NCBI RefSeq assembly: GCF_001194135.2
Contig: NC_068982.1
Location: 122,384,850 to 122,448,849 of the forward strand
Direction of reading: 5' to 3'
Origin: Octopus bimaculoides
Lineage: Eukaryota
Length of the DNA stretch: 64,000 nt
In this document: one piece after another, positions 1 to 13,844 of the stretch
Numbering within the stretch: the stretch's first letter is position 1
How the letters are laid out: the number at the start of each line of letters is the position of its first letter
The notes under the pieces: model-generated
What the model was told of the DNA's origin: nothing
The model's input: the letters and a program-made list of their open reading frames with translations, nothing else
The model's database searches: none
Translations under genes and position numbers: made by a program

Positions 1-60
1 CACCAACACAGATGAAGGGACACGTCCACAGAATGAGATAACACTAACACCGAGGATGCC

Positions 61-1010
61 AACACACCATCAGCAACAAAATCCCTAGTCACAGACTTGA
101 GTGGGTCACTCTCCCATGAAGAACTAGAACTTCTCAGCCTGGGCCCTAAATTTATCTTGAGCCAACAGCCGAATGAAAAAATCTTATTCAACCTGGAAGC
201 CAACTTTTGTCGAACAGCATACCAGCTCAGATGGCTGTCAGTAATAAAGAAGAACAACAACACACCTGGCAAATTTCCTACGTACCAATTAGACAACCCA
301 CTCCACCCACACTCAAACACAAACTATCCAGATTGAAACAGTCTATTTCCAAAATCTTGAGGAAGGAATCGAAAATAACCCCAAACTTAACCAAGGTGCA
401 ACATAAAACACTGACTAAACTAAAAAACAAAAAACCTTGTATACTTACCATCAGATAAAGGAAAAGAAATCTGCGTGATTTCTCGTGGAATATATGATAG
501 ACTGGCTCAAGAACATTTAAGTAATGACAGACTATATTCTGAAGTGACAGATATAACTGCAACCAGGATTGAGGACCGAATTAATACCGCATGGATGGAC
601 ATCCATACATACGGAGACAAATACATAATAAATTCAAGAACAACTTCATCACAAAGAACAGTAGATTACCCAGATTTTATGACCTCATTAAAACACACAA
701 GAATAGCAACACGATCCAGATTAGACCCATCGTCTCCAGTGTGGAAGGACCTCTATATAAAATATCCCGATTACTTTCTCATGTCCCGAAACCCATACCA
801 TCCACCTTTCCGGGACACATCAAGAACTCCGACGAAGTCATCAAAAGACAGCACCAATTACCCCTAGACAAACTCAGGCAAAACAGATACGCCTTTAGTC
901 TTGATGTTGTCTCAATGTACACAATGATGCCAGCACACTCAGTGGTCAACCTATTGACTGACTGCATAATAGCGTCCAACATCCAATGCTTCGAACAATA
1001 ACAAAAAGAC
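61..1010 (+). mobile_element. Degenerate Penelope-like element (PLE), N-terminal domain and first part of reverse transcriptase, frameshifted
   Basis: Overlapping + frames give PLE-typical motifs in order: LLSLGPKF; PNLTKVQHKTLTKLK followed by a frameshifted DKG; PRFYDLIKTHK; IRPIVSS; HIKNSDE; FSLDVVSMYT. Homology ends before RT motif B, at a (TA)n tract and a SINE. Confidence 0.9.
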
Positions 1011-1060
1011 AACAAAGTGAGGACGTGATACGGATAGTGTTATATATATATATATATATA

Positions 1061-1285
1061 CCTTTATTGCCCACAGGGGGCTAAACATAGAGAGGACAAA
1101 CAAGGACAAAGGGATTAAGTCGATCACATCGACTCCAGTACGTAACTGGTACTTATTTAATCGACCCCAAAAGGATGAAAGGGAAAGTCGACCTTGGCAG
1201 AATTCGAACTCATAACGCAACGGCAGACAAAATACTGCTAAGCATTTCGCCCGGTGTGCTAACACTTCTGCCAGCTCGCCACCTT
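1061..1285 (-). mobile_element. tRNA-derived SINE, family A
   Basis: Reverse complement of the 8802-9010 copy: head GGTGGCGAGCTGGCAGAA, B-box-like GAGTTCGAATTC, core GTCGACTTT..CCTTTCATCCTTTTGGGGTCGAT..AAGTACCAG, ending GGGCAATAAAG. Confidence 0.9.
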
Positions 1286-2134
1286 CATATANNNNNNNNN
1301 NNNNNNNNNNNNNNNNNNNNNNNNNNNNNNNNNNNNNNNNNNNNNNNNNNNNNNNNNNNNNNNNNNNNNNNNNNNNNNNNNNNNNNNNNNNNNNNNNNNN
1401 NNNNNNNNNNNNNNNNNNNNNNNNNNNNNNNNNNNNNNNNNNNNNNNNNNNNNNNNNNNNNNNNNNNNNNNNNNNNNNNNNNNNNNNNNNNNNNNNNNNN
1501 NNNNNNNNNNNNNNNNNNNNNNNNNNNNNNNNNNNNNNNNNNNNNNNNNNNNNNNNNNNNATATATATATATATATATATAAAGCAATATTTGTTCCAGA
1601 GACATTTTATTTCATATAAATGTATATAAGGGTAATAATGCCTGTTGTAAGAGGCAACTAAAAGGTTGTGTGTTAGGGAGAGCATCTCAGTGTAAAACAA
1701 AATGACCAGTCTAATCCATATCACCATGAAAAAAGAAAATTATGATGATAACAATGAATGTGTATATTATATATGTAATATTTTTTTTTCTTTGTTGTTA
1801 AAATATTTCTATACATTTGTGGATAATTTACTTGATAAACACTATACCCTCTACCTGGAATACTTACAGCACATGCCTGAAAAGAGAAATGACTACTTTT
1901 TAATGTTTTGCACACACACAAAACTATTTATTCAACAACATCCTACACAAAACAGAGTGCCTATTGAGGTGGAAACGAGTCCACCACTGTCCTTTTGTCT
2001 CAAAATAATCAGATTGCTTTTTCTTTAATGGCATATTTTAGAGAATTCTTAAATCTAGAAATAATCACGAAGTGATTATTTTACATTCTCTAGAAATTTG
2101 TTCAAATCCAAACTATTGGTCATTGATCTATTTT

Positions 2135-2478
2135 CTCAAGCCTGTTTTGAAACCATGTAGTTTTGGGTTCAGTTCCACTGCATGGCACCATGGAGAAATG
2201 TCATCTAAGATAGCCCTGGGTCAACCAATATCCTGTGAGTAAATTTAATAGATGGAAACTGTGTGGAAGTCCATTGTGTATATGTGGGTGCTTGTTCCCC
2301 TCCCACTGCTTGACAACAGGTGTTGGTTTGTTTACATCACTGACAGTGGTTTGGAAATGAAACCAACATAATAAGTACCAAATTTAAAAAATAAGTACTG
2401 GAATCAATTCATTCAACTAAAACATTTGAAGGCAGTGTCCCAGCATGGCCACATGCCAATGACAGAAACAAGCACAAG
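2135..2478 (+). mobile_element. Decayed SINE, family B
   Basis: Diverged match to the 9097-9460 copy (GGTTCAGTTCCACTGCATGGCACC ... GATGGAAACTG ... CCAGCATGGCCACA). Confidence 0.7.
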
Positions 2479-3797
2479 ATAAAATGGTGTGTATTGTGTA
2501 TTTTCTTCCATGGGTTGAGATTTTTTGGTATACATTTGTAGACAACATGATTCTAGAAAGAAAGAATGTGTTGTCTTCATTGATGGTGACTGAATCACAC
2601 CCTTCTTGCTAGATAGACATGTTAACTATTACACAGGTATGTGGCCAGCTTTTCTCTTATTTACACAAAAAGTATTTATTTCTTTGAGATTTTAATTCAT
2701 CACCATAGATACCTTTTCTCCAGTTCATTTAGAATTTTACTTAACTCTGTTTAGGCAAAAGATGAATCTCCTACTCACATGGCAATATATGTAAGTCTAA
2801 TATACCATCTAGTTTAACACCACCACCATCTGGTTTTCGGGTTTCTTTAGCTGGATTGAGTTATAAGCATTTGAAATAAGATGCACACATACGATTACAA
2901 AAACCACTTGCTGAAGAAGCCACATGTTGAGACTGAACCTGAAACCATGTGATTGCAAAGCATAATTGACTACACAGCTACTCTTGTACAATGCATGCAT
3001 TAGTTATTTGGTGGAGATATTTAAATTCTAATAGTGTTTTTGTTTTTGTTCCCTTGGATATTTTAATGTTATTTTGTACAATTTTTCCCGACAACATGCA
3101 TTCATTAACATTGTTTTACACAGCTTTTCCTTGCTGGCATGATTAGATGGGTTTTTCATAGCTGGATGCCCTTTGTGTTGCCAACTCTTTTAAGATGCCT
3201 CTGATGATATAGAGATGTGTACTTATTCTAAACCAGGATATACATAGTATTGTTGAGCACACATATTGTTTAATGCAGTTTCAATATGCAGCTCTTTGAG
3301 ATGTGCACACACTACTTTTCACACAAACACACTTCTGTATAGAGTATGAATATATATATTTGTGTATATATGAGCGTGTGAATGTGTGGTGTATGTATGC
3401 ATGTAAGTGACAATATTTTTCTGCAGTAAACAGGCTTACAAACTATATTTAAGTCTTTTGTTACAGTCAACAACTAAGATAATTTAGATATGCGTTTGTA
3501 ATTCAGGTTATCAAACTCAAGCATATAAAACGTCTGTGTGGTAGCGATAAACTTACAAATCAGAAATGAATTGTTGTAAAGTTAAGTGGTCTGGACAAAT
3601 ATAAAAATGAGCTGAAACTCATGTAGAAATGTTAGATATATGAAGATACTACCCTCAAGTAAGAATAGAGAGAGAAATATCAAAAACAATATATAAAAAC
3701 ACCGAAAATTAGGTGAATTCTAAATTTCAGTCAATGCTTATTAATTTAGGGATTATATATCATTCCAGAATCTGTTCACTTGACAAACTTAGTTTTT

Positions 3798-3840
<43 letters not shown>

Positions 3841-6800
3841 GAGAGAGAGAGAGAGAAGCTGCACTCAGATTAATTTGAATTAGCAACTATTTCATGTCTA
3901 CGCCACCTTGTTACCAACACCACCATTTCACAATGCCAACAGAAAATAATAAAGAAGAATGTAAAAATTTTAACTGTGGCTTGAAAAGAACATTCCATAA
4001 AAATTATGACAAAATACTGAGGTCATTCATTTCAAGATAAGATTTTCTCCAGGGCTAATCTGTACAACACTGCTTATATAAACTAACTTCTGAAAGATTA
4101 ACATCAAGAAAAATAAAACAAAATAGGAAGCCCTATTGAAGTTAGTGCCCCACCCTTTCTTTCAGCATTATGTTAGGATCCTAAAGCAAGCTTAAAATTG
4201 TATTGTAAGAGGTATGCAGGTAGCTATACTATACACCACTAGCTTGCCAAGAGACCAGCATGACAAACAAGCTGTGTGATATTACCTGGCCAGACAACTA
4301 CCTGCTTGCTTGACAACTTTACAAAACTAGTAGCAAGCCAGTAAGAAAAGTGCACAAGCAAGAAGAATAACATAGAAACAGAGAAATGGATGAAGTGACC
4401 ACCCAAGTCAGTCATAGTAACATCAACAATAGAGACAGTGGGGTGGTAGATGAGATATGAGATCGTTATGTTTAGTGTCAATGATGACAGCAATTATGGC
4501 TGTTCAAAGTAAAAGGAAAAAGAACTGGTCCTGACAACAACAGTAGCTTCAGCTCTGTCAATGTTCCTCCCATTAATAACTGTAAGAAGTAGTGTAGTTC
4601 AACTACTACTTATATTTACTGTTTTATTTACTTTGCAACAGCTGTTTCTCAAATTCATAAACAAAACATTACACAAGATATTTACATATAAATGTCTGTG
4701 AAAAAGCCCCTCCCCCTGTCACCCATTAAGCGATCAGAGAAATATGAAGTGCAAAGTGGTTCATTTTATATTTACTTAGTTACTATAAAATGGTGGTGCA
4801 GCCAGACAAAGATAAACAGCTGCATTAACATAATGTATTCAAGGGTATATATAATAGGGAAACATTATCATACTAGCTTTAATTACATTCTGAAACAAAT
4901 CTCTTTCTGTAAGTTTAGCAGTTGGTTGTCTGAAGGCTTTAGTCATACAATTAACATAGTAAGAGAATATTTTAATAAATTAAAAGAATATTTGTTTGTC
5001 TTGTAATACTGGTCCAGGTCAAACTAGAAACAATGTTACAAGGGATGAAGTCAAAGATAATATTACAAGAAACAAAACAAAAAAAAAAATCATTAGCAGT
5101 AGGATAGCTAAGGGAAATAGTTCATGCCACTAGCCCACTTGAATTAAGATAACCCGATGTCCTCAATGTCATATACACACAAAACTATGATAAAGAAATT
5201 TCCCTTTGAGTTGGAGAAAGAAGTCAAGAGTCTTGCAATACCTCAGTGACTCTCAGATAAAAAGGATATAATTAAAAAAAAAAAAAATTAATCAATTTCA
5301 GAAAGTTACATGATTAGAGGGGAAACCTGACAGCTGACAAAGTTTTTATATAACTGTACACGAAGTGTAGCCTATCTTGAGCCTGCTTGATTAGTTGAAA
5401 AAGATTTTTACCTCATAGAGTTATGAAGATTTAAACCCAGTAGTAACTTGTATGATTAAAAAATAAAATGGGCTGAAAGAAATAACTCACATGGATCATT
5501 GGTAAGTTTGGATATTAATTGAAGATTGATGTACAGATTGACATGCAAAGAAATTCTTAGTTCCAATAAATAAATAAATAAATAAAAGAAGGTAACTGTT
5601 TTGCAATTTCAGTTGGAGTGGCAGAATGGCTTCAACTTTAAGATTTGAAACTTTTGTTGAGAACTCAGTCACAAAAGCTGTACTCAGGAAATTTTTGTAG
5701 AAAAACCTACATTCCATTCAGGGTATGGCTCCCTACACAAAATGCTGTTTTACTGGAACCTTTTGCACACACCATTGAGTCTAATTGGGGCATCTGTCAG
5801 TTAGGAGATTGAGCATATATCTACACTTGTATGGTCAGGTCAGAGCACAGTTTATTTCTTGTTTTTAAAGAATATCTGGGAGTTACTTATGTCTGTAAGC
5901 CTCCCTCTCTAAACAACTGTTTTAAGAAAAAGACTGCTGCAGCTTAGTACCTGTGTTGTCACAGGTATTGCATTCATGTTGCAAACAACCTAAAGAGATA
6001 CTGTATGGCATCTATCCAGACATTAACAGTTTTGCTAATCTACCACCATGGATTGCTTTTATGTTGATCCCCAAAAGAATAAAAGGCAAAGTCAACCTTG
6101 GCAGTATTAGAATGTAGATCTCAGAGAGCAGAACATGTGGCATTTTATACAATACTTAATTGACTCCCAACTTGTCCTCATCATTTAATGCATTATCCCT
6201 TAACTATTTTGTTAGTGATTCACTCCGAGTTATTTCTTTTAGCTCATATTATTTTTCTGTTTAACTAATTACTAATGAGCCAAATATCTCCATCAGTCTT
6301 TATACATAAAAACCTTTATCAATGAATGAATAAATATTTTATGTAAGACTGCTAAATGGAGTCAGTTGGTTTTTATATTTATGCACAGTTAGGAATATTT
6401 GTCAATGGAGTAATAATGGGAAAAATGCAAGTTGTGACTAGCACTAGGAACACACAAATGTTCCTACAATATTGCAGGTCTTACATATCATCAAATACAG
6501 ACAACACTTTTACAAGAGAGAAAAACCCTTTGCTAATGTTTAGTCTCAGCACAACCTTGCTCAATCAAACAGACTATGATCAAAAGTATTTCAGCAATAG
6601 ACATCAAGAATAAGATGCATTCAAGAAGTATCTGACTTTATTTTCCCCCTGCCAAAACTAATGCTGTATGGGAAAAATCCTTTGGGTGAGAGGTGATTTC
6701 ACCCTTTGTATGCATGTGAAAAATTTTGCACCAGTAGGCCACATCAGTTCCTGGTTGTTATATCTATAGTACAGACACTGAATAAATTGAGCAGAGATAT

Positions 6801-7889
6801 GGCATCAAGTTTTGTCAAAAGCTTGGTGATACTCAAAACATCCAGCAGATTGTGTGAACTAAAGTCAGAGTTGCCATGTAGCAAAAACCAGTTCACAAAT
6901 GATGACCATTAAATAAATATTTTATTTACCTTAGGAAGGGTTAATAAATGAAGTTAATCACTCAAAGTTCTGGATTTGTGAATGGGTAAGAATGATTACT
7001 GACTAAAAGGAAGAGAGAAATAGCAAACTGTGAAAGAAGGAAGTGAAATTAGGACAAAAATAACTGTTGGTTATGAACTCAGCTTATCAGAAATTTACTT
7101 TGCATTCAGAAATGCTCATAATAGAACGAATATAAAGGAACTTAAAAACTTTTTTCACAAATAAATTTGATGAATCACCCAAAAATTACTAGAAGAATCT
7201 GATGCTAACCAGAAAAGTAACCGCCAGTGTGGATCATAGAAAAAAAGGCAAGCCTTGATTTAAAGAAAAGCATTCAGTACATTTTCATTTAATTTTTTGC
7301 TTCAGCCAAAAATTTCACTCAACATAGCTTTACTAGTAGAACAGGTGAATTACAGGTAGTTGGTCAAAGAAAATATTTGTTCACCTGCTTAGATAGTAAA
7401 AGATAAGTAAGTAACAGCTTCATAATTTTAAAATAGTCCTCTTCTAGTGTCATCATCAGAGATCAGATGCCATTTAGAGATTGGTATAAGTTATGACCAT
7501 CAACACAAACTTCATTATAACAGTAGTTATAAAGTGAGAGATGTAGTTTAGATGACTAATGAGAAAATGTTTGACAATTTAGTTATGTCATTTTTAAAGA
7601 ATGTCATTAAAAAAAAAAATCTCTTCTGAGAGATTTCAATATTAATATTTGAACTAAAGAAAGAGCCTCAACATAGGTGCTTGATCTGCTATAACATAAC
7701 AGCCAAAACTCCTGTGGGTTAAATTATGGAAAGAACATTGAATAATATAGTTTTACTCCTAAAATGATAAGCACGTCTTGAATTTTTATCACTAGTCTAC
7801 TTGTTTAGAGCTAAGTTGGGAGGCTACATAAACTACAAAGATAATATTCTTATTAAAGTTTATATATATATATATCCTTATTCAGGGCT

Positions 7890-8125
7890 TCATCACTCCT
7901 GAAGGAGGAGCCTCTCCCTGTACTCCTTCCACCAGTTTGCCTCTGGCCAGTCGTGGCCATATATGCCCCAGGTAGCAGATGATATCATCTCACCACTGTC
8001 TTTGATTGACCTCTTGATCTTTTTCATGGTGAGCTTGTCTTGTTCATTGTCACCCCAATTGTCCATTTGTTGTCCTTCAGTCACATGATGTGGCCAACCC
8101 ATCTGTATTTGTTCTCCTTGATGGT
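7890..8125 (-). mobile_element. Old RTE-clade LINE, ORF2 C-terminal fragment
   Basis: Minus-strand translation across frameshifts gives GWPHHV, W*DDIICYLGHIWPRLARG and NWWKEYRERLLLQE*. This matches the RTE C-terminal pattern W.GHV.R...RW.DD...W.R.A..R..W...E. Confidence 0.7.
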
Positions 8126-8801
8126 TTTTTTGCTGTCATCAATAGAATTATAAGTCTTCACCATAAATTGACAAAATAAAATAGTGTAATTCAGGGCATA
8201 TAAGACCCTGCAACAGAAAAAAAAAATGTGCATTAATATGAGTACTAATGTACATTTTCATCCACTATGGAGGTTTATATGTCCTAATATTAGACTATTT
8301 TTTACGGTCAATATATGATGAAGGCTTATAATTCTATTTACACACAAACACATCCATGCTCATACTCTTATATTTACCAATTTCTATCACCATACTTTCA
8401 CTCATCAACAAACATGTAGCTACTTCTCACTCTCTCCTCTAACTCCCTCTCACCCAGTCAGTTTCTTCCATCATTATCCAGTACACACTGTAAGGTAGTT
8501 AGTGTTAGGAAGAACACCCAGCAATAGAACCATGCCAAAAACATCAGATGAATCAGACATGGCCCTCTGATCTAAGAGAGCAATAACTCTGCCTAAGAAC
8601 TGACTCAGATATAATGACATGGCCAATCCATATCACCATGAAACGTAAATGTAGAATGATTGATACTAAGAAGTCACAAAACCTCACACTGACTTCAATA
8701 CATAACACAAACTTGGGAGTTAACAATGTTTTCTTTCTTTTTTTCTTAATATTGATAGAAACACAAAAATATCAAATAACAGCTACGTGAATGAGAATAA
8801 A

Positions 8802-9010
8802 GGCGGCGAGCTGGCAGAAACGTTAGCACGCTGGGCGAAATGCTTAGCGGTATTTTGTCTGCTGCTACGTTCTGAGTTCAAATTCCACCGAGGTCGACTT
8901 AGCCTTTCATCCTTTCAGGGTCGATAAAGCACCAGTTACGCACTGGGGTCGATGTAATCGACTTAATTTGTTTGTCCCCTCTATGTTTAGCCCCTTGTGG
9001 GCAATAAAGA
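8802..9010 (+). mobile_element. tRNA-derived SINE, family A, full length with 12-bp TSD
   Basis: Head GGCGGCGAGCTGGCAGAA and B-box-like GAGTTCAAATTCC. Flanked by direct repeat TGAATGAGAATA at 8788-8799 and 9014-9025. The central motif GTCGACTTAGCCTTTCATCCTTTCAGGGTCGATAAA resembles my recollection of the Meta/MESC SINE domain (unverified). Confidence 0.92.
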
Positions 9011-9096
9011 ATATGAATGAGAATACATAATATAGCCTTGTAAATAAAATATTTTAATTAAAACTAAGATGTAATCAATACTTTCCAAACAATTAA

Positions 9097-9460
9097 GGCA
9101 CAGGAGTGGCTGTGTGGTAAGTAACTCACTTACCAACCACATAGTTCCGGGTTCAGTCCCACTGCGTGGCACCTTGGGCAAGTGTCTTCTACTATAGCCT
9201 CAGCCGACCAAAGCCTTGTGAGTGGATTTGGTAGATGGAAACTGAAAGAAGCCTGTCATATGTGCGTGTCTGTGTTTGTCCCCCCCTACATCGCTTGACA
9301 ACCGATGCTGTTTACATCCCTGTAACTTAGCAGTTCGGCAAAAGAGACCGATAGAATAAGTACTAGGCTTACAAAGAATAAGTCCTTGGGTCAATTTGTT
9401 CGACAAAAGGTGGTGCTCCAGCATGGCTGCAGTCAAATGACTGAAACAGATAAAAGAATA
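9097..9460 (+). mobile_element. tRNA-derived SINE, family B, full length
   Basis: A-box-like TGGCTGTGTGG and B-box-like GGTTCAGTCCC, then CACCTTGGGCAAGTG (resembles the start of the CORE-SINE domain), ending CAAATGACTGAAACAGATAAAAG. Many related copies occur in the window. Confidence 0.9.
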
Positions 9461-10604
9461 TTTAATGCAGAGAGCATTAAAAATGCAACTAGAAATAATG
9501 GGAGACAACTCCAGACATATTTTAGTCTTATGACCTTATCAATGATGAATAGACTTGACTGTATTTACTGAAGTAGCGATGCAAGAATCACTAGGTACAA
9601 ACTTTCATACCAGTTGATGGAGAAAAATAGAAATGCTTTGAAAATGAATAGCTCAGGATCACTATAGACATAAAAAATAAAAATTACACAAGTGATAACA
9701 TATTTAATAATGTAACTGAAAAAATTGCAAAACTAAAGAAAATGTTCAACTTTCTAATACGGAGTCTCATAACTTCACCTTGTCATACATATATACATTC
9801 ATCATAACTCATTATTTTCAACCTAATACTTAGAGAAGGACTGTTTTTTTCAATTTTCTAGCTGTTGTTTTTAAACTGGCACAAGACATACACTTATATA
9901 TATAACAGGCCTCTACCAAACCTGTAGAAGTTAAACTGTTAGCTGTAGTCTCTAGAGAAAAGTGCTATTCATTTACTTCAAAATGGTTTTCCATAACCAA
10001 AATTATAAAATAGGATTGATAACAGTTTGTACATAAAGTACTTCATCAATAAAGAAATTCAAGAGAAGCATTTACCGTCTAAATTTTAATTAAACCAGAT
10101 AAATGAATAACACCAAAAATACTTAGTGTTAGCCATAACATCTTAAAATGAAAGCATTTCAGATTAATCAACTACACTTGAAAAAATCCTGCCAAGAACA
10201 ATTCCTGGGTCAGAGTAGACTGGACATGACATGGAAATCAACCAATGAGAGGCCTAATTAACTAAACAACAAACAGCAAGCATTATTCTTAATGCTACAA
10301 TTCAGTTGCTTTTATGGAACTCTGGTTTACGAAAATTACTTTTTCAGTTAATTAATTTAACCATTTCACTGACACCAATAAAGCAAATAGTGTCATAATA
10401 GCATCATTTACTATTATTAAATAGTTCCATTCAGTGAAATTTTTGATAATAAATTTTTTTTTTAAAGTGCATTAAGGTAATTTTAACCCTTTGCCTGTCC
10501 TGTGTATTATCTGATATACACAATGTATTTTCCAAATATCCATGCATTAAATATGATACACATTACCTATCTTTTTCAACTATCAGAATAATTTGCAACT
10601 TATG

Positions 10605-12360
10605 AAAGGAAAGCTTTACATTGGTAGCGAGGAACAAGAAGCCAGCGCCATTTGGTATGAGATCTCATCGGTAGCCATTACCATGTCCAAAACAGGAGCA
10701 AGATCTCACCTGCAACCATTTGCCATGTGCGAGACGACAGCGAGACTCTTGTTGGCAATTACTATTTAAGCAGGAGAATTAAGACATTCTCTTGCTTCCT
10801 TCTTGCTTACGCTGAGAAACACTGCGAAGCTGGCAGCTCACGGCAGACTCTTATCCTGCTCTAACTTCACCTGTTCTCTCCAGAGGTAATGCACCTCACG
10901 TGAAGAGCTGTAACGAACCACGTGCTGCCATAAAGATGGTCACTGGGAGTGACCACATGAACGAGAACTAAAAATAAATGACTATTGAATTGCACTCTGC
11001 TTGTAAACTTCTTCGTCGTGTTCTAGATCCTTAAGACTACAGCAATAATTATAATGGGAGAAGGAGATATGCCACAGGTATCACAAGCCTTCAATTCCAT
11101 TATAAAATGGTGACCCCAAACAAAAAAAGGATTTTCAGCAGCTGAAAGCTTCTCTCACTGTCAAAATGGCTTACCCGGCTTAGAACATGCATTCCCTTCT
11201 ATAGTTCAGTGTCAGCTTTCATTTTACTTTAATGACCAACCGTTCTAATAATTTTGCCTCTTCCCTACAGAAATATCTTCCTTTTATCGCCTATTTTGTT
11301 TCCCACAAAATGACTGGTGAGGGGCTATCTGTGGCGTACACTTGAGTGAAATTCCTCTCCTCTTTATTATATATACATACATACGAAAGTAGTAGATAAC
11401 AGCTAGCCTTTGGCCGCATTTTGGACTCTGTTGTGTCCACTACTCTGACTGATTGGTATTGGCGCAATTTGTCTCTTGCTCTATGCAACCCAACCAATCG
11501 CAGCCTTCAAATAAGGTCACTCCAGCTTCTCATTGTCTCGATGTCTTTCAGTTCCAGACCTTCTAAGGTCAAACCACTGACCACACAAGACACAGCCAGT
11601 TACAGTGGCAACACAACAGCAGCCACGTGGAGACTCACCAACTTCGTCCAACAGCATCCGGCGACCTCCATCTCCATCACCACCATTTGTCCTTACGTCA
11701 ACATCTCTCGACGTACTCACCCAGGTTACAACAACACTGCACTGTTCATGAATTGTTTCACCATGAATCAACAGCGAATGTACAATCTGCAAGAACTTCT
11801 GTACCAAGTGACCCAGGCAGCAGCATTACAGTCACAACTTCATGTATGACACGTACTGCTCTGGCTCTGCATCATCACCCCATCTTCTTGATACAGTATT
11901 TCAACTAACATGTACAATTGACTACGAACTGGTATTTATCATTCTTATGTCTATGAACTTACTCCTCACTTCGATGGCTTATAGACTCTTACACTGTTTC
12001 TTCTTCATCGCCATCCTTATGTTCTTAACATGCATACGTCTATGCTTACATACATTTTATTCTTATGACATCCTGTCTATTATTCTGTATATATGACGCA
12101 CACACATTAACATATCAATAAATCTTCTCTTAAACATTCTTCCCAGTTGTGTCTTTTATTTCCCTCTGGCACATATATGCATTGTTCTATTTATATTTAT
12201 TGTATCGACCGTGTGATGTACTAAGGAGCCATTCTCATCACCTCACTTCGCACGGATGTCACAAATCGGCGACCCATTCCAGCTCCTTGAAGCTACAGAA
12301 AAAGTTATAATGGGAGTAGGAGATACTCCACAGGTATCATAAACCTTAAATTCCATTATA
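10605..12360 (+). mobile_element. LTR-retrotransposon-like composite remnant (non-coding)
   Basis: GC/CpG-richer than its flanks. Contains TATTTAA (~10762), AATAAA (~10974), a 55-bp block at 11050-11104 followed by PBS-like TGGTGACCCC (11108-11117), PPT-like GGTGAGGGG followed by TGTGGCG (11330), and a second copy of the 55-bp block at 12306-12360. No gag/pol motifs recognised. Confidence 0.5.
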
Positions 12361-12991
12361 TATTCCTCAGAACATATGAAACAAAGACCAACTTAAAGTT
12401 TGAAAACAAGCATGGACATTTAAGACAAACTTATGAAAATGCTTTTGATCACCAAAGAGCTAATATCCTTAAAGTGTACCTAGTGCTAGTATTCATATAC
12501 TAATATTTCTTCTGTGTTACATCATCACTATTTGTATTTCATGTTGCAGACATTGTTGGAGACTTTACCCCCACTCAATCATTTTCTTATAAATATATAA
12601 TATGTAACTGCATTTGAACATAGTATCCCAAAATTTTTTACTCTCTGCAGTAAATCCAAATTGATTTCCACTTCAGTTAGAAAATCAACCAAATTCAATA
12701 AAAATGAGAGCTGATAATTTGAAGATTTACAGCTACCTAGGTAAACTAGATCACTTAAGATTAACACTCATCACAGTGCCACTAAGTATTAAGTTCTGCT
12801 GTACAGAAGGAAATGTTGAAATTATAATGGACAACCCTTTCTATAATTGATTTGATAATACTTGAAAAGCATGTAAAGATACAGTTGGCAAGGAACAAAC
12901 CAAATATTATTCACCATAATAGAATGTGATCATTAACACAAATTACACCAACAATATTTTGGTATTATTGTTTCACTATTTCCAGAAGAGC

Positions 12992-13156
<165 letters not shown>

Positions 13157-13844
13157 ACCAGAACTGATCTACATATTTAGCAATGAGTCACTATTTATCA
13201 TGAGAACCCTAAACAGGTATTCTTAATAAATATACTATTTCCAGTGCTAATTACATGATCTAAAATGAAATAGACATAACTTCTTAGATCCAAAGATGTT
13301 GACTGAATTTATAATGAACACTATATGTAAATGTTAAATTAAAAGGATAAAGCAGAACAATATTTAGTTATAAAAGAGATTTCAACTTTGATATTTTAAT
13401 AAATTATTTAGTGAAAACAAACTGTAGGCTCTGTCAGTTACTATACATGTGAATGGGACAAGATTTTATGTATATAGTATGATAGAAATGAATTTAAAGA
13501 ATGTCTATAAAGATTTTCACAACCTGAAACATGTTAAAACTGGAAGAAGTTAAGGCTAGTTTTGAAGGTCATTTTTATAACATATTTGTTTACCAAATTA
13601 CTATTTTGGTAATATCTTTGTGTAGCTAAAGAATAGCTATTAAACCATTTGTTTATAAAAAGCAAACTCGCTTTAGGTAGATTTATTGTAACCAGACACA
13701 AAGTGTCTGCCAGTGCAAGACTGATTTTGACTATCAGTCACAGCTGGACTAAAATGATTTTTAAGTAAATAATCTGTAATGTTTCAACTTCATGTCATAT
13801 ACTACCTTAAAAAAAAAAAAAACATTTAGTCTATAATTCATAGG

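Noticed and set aside
951-1727. Long ORFs spanning N-gaps (also 14706-15405, 42888-43664, 47034-48337, 55021-55335)
   Set aside because: Their length comes from N runs translated as X. Only the flanks carry information, and those are treated under the repeat features.
4200-4560. Slightly GC-richer stretch that might be a decayed transposase
   Set aside because: Multiple stops and no motif I can assign.
8802-9180. tRNA-like sequences with A/B boxes
   Set aside because: They are SINE heads continuing into SINE bodies, with no complete cloverleaf, so they are not tRNA genes.
10483-10505. TTAACCCTTTG piggyBac-like end
   Set aside because: No matching inverted partner with TTAA found nearby.
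11421-11908. Overlapping 93-142-aa ORFs inside the LTR-like region
   Set aside because: They are low-complexity S/T/H/Q-rich frames with no recognisable gag, pol, env or host motif.
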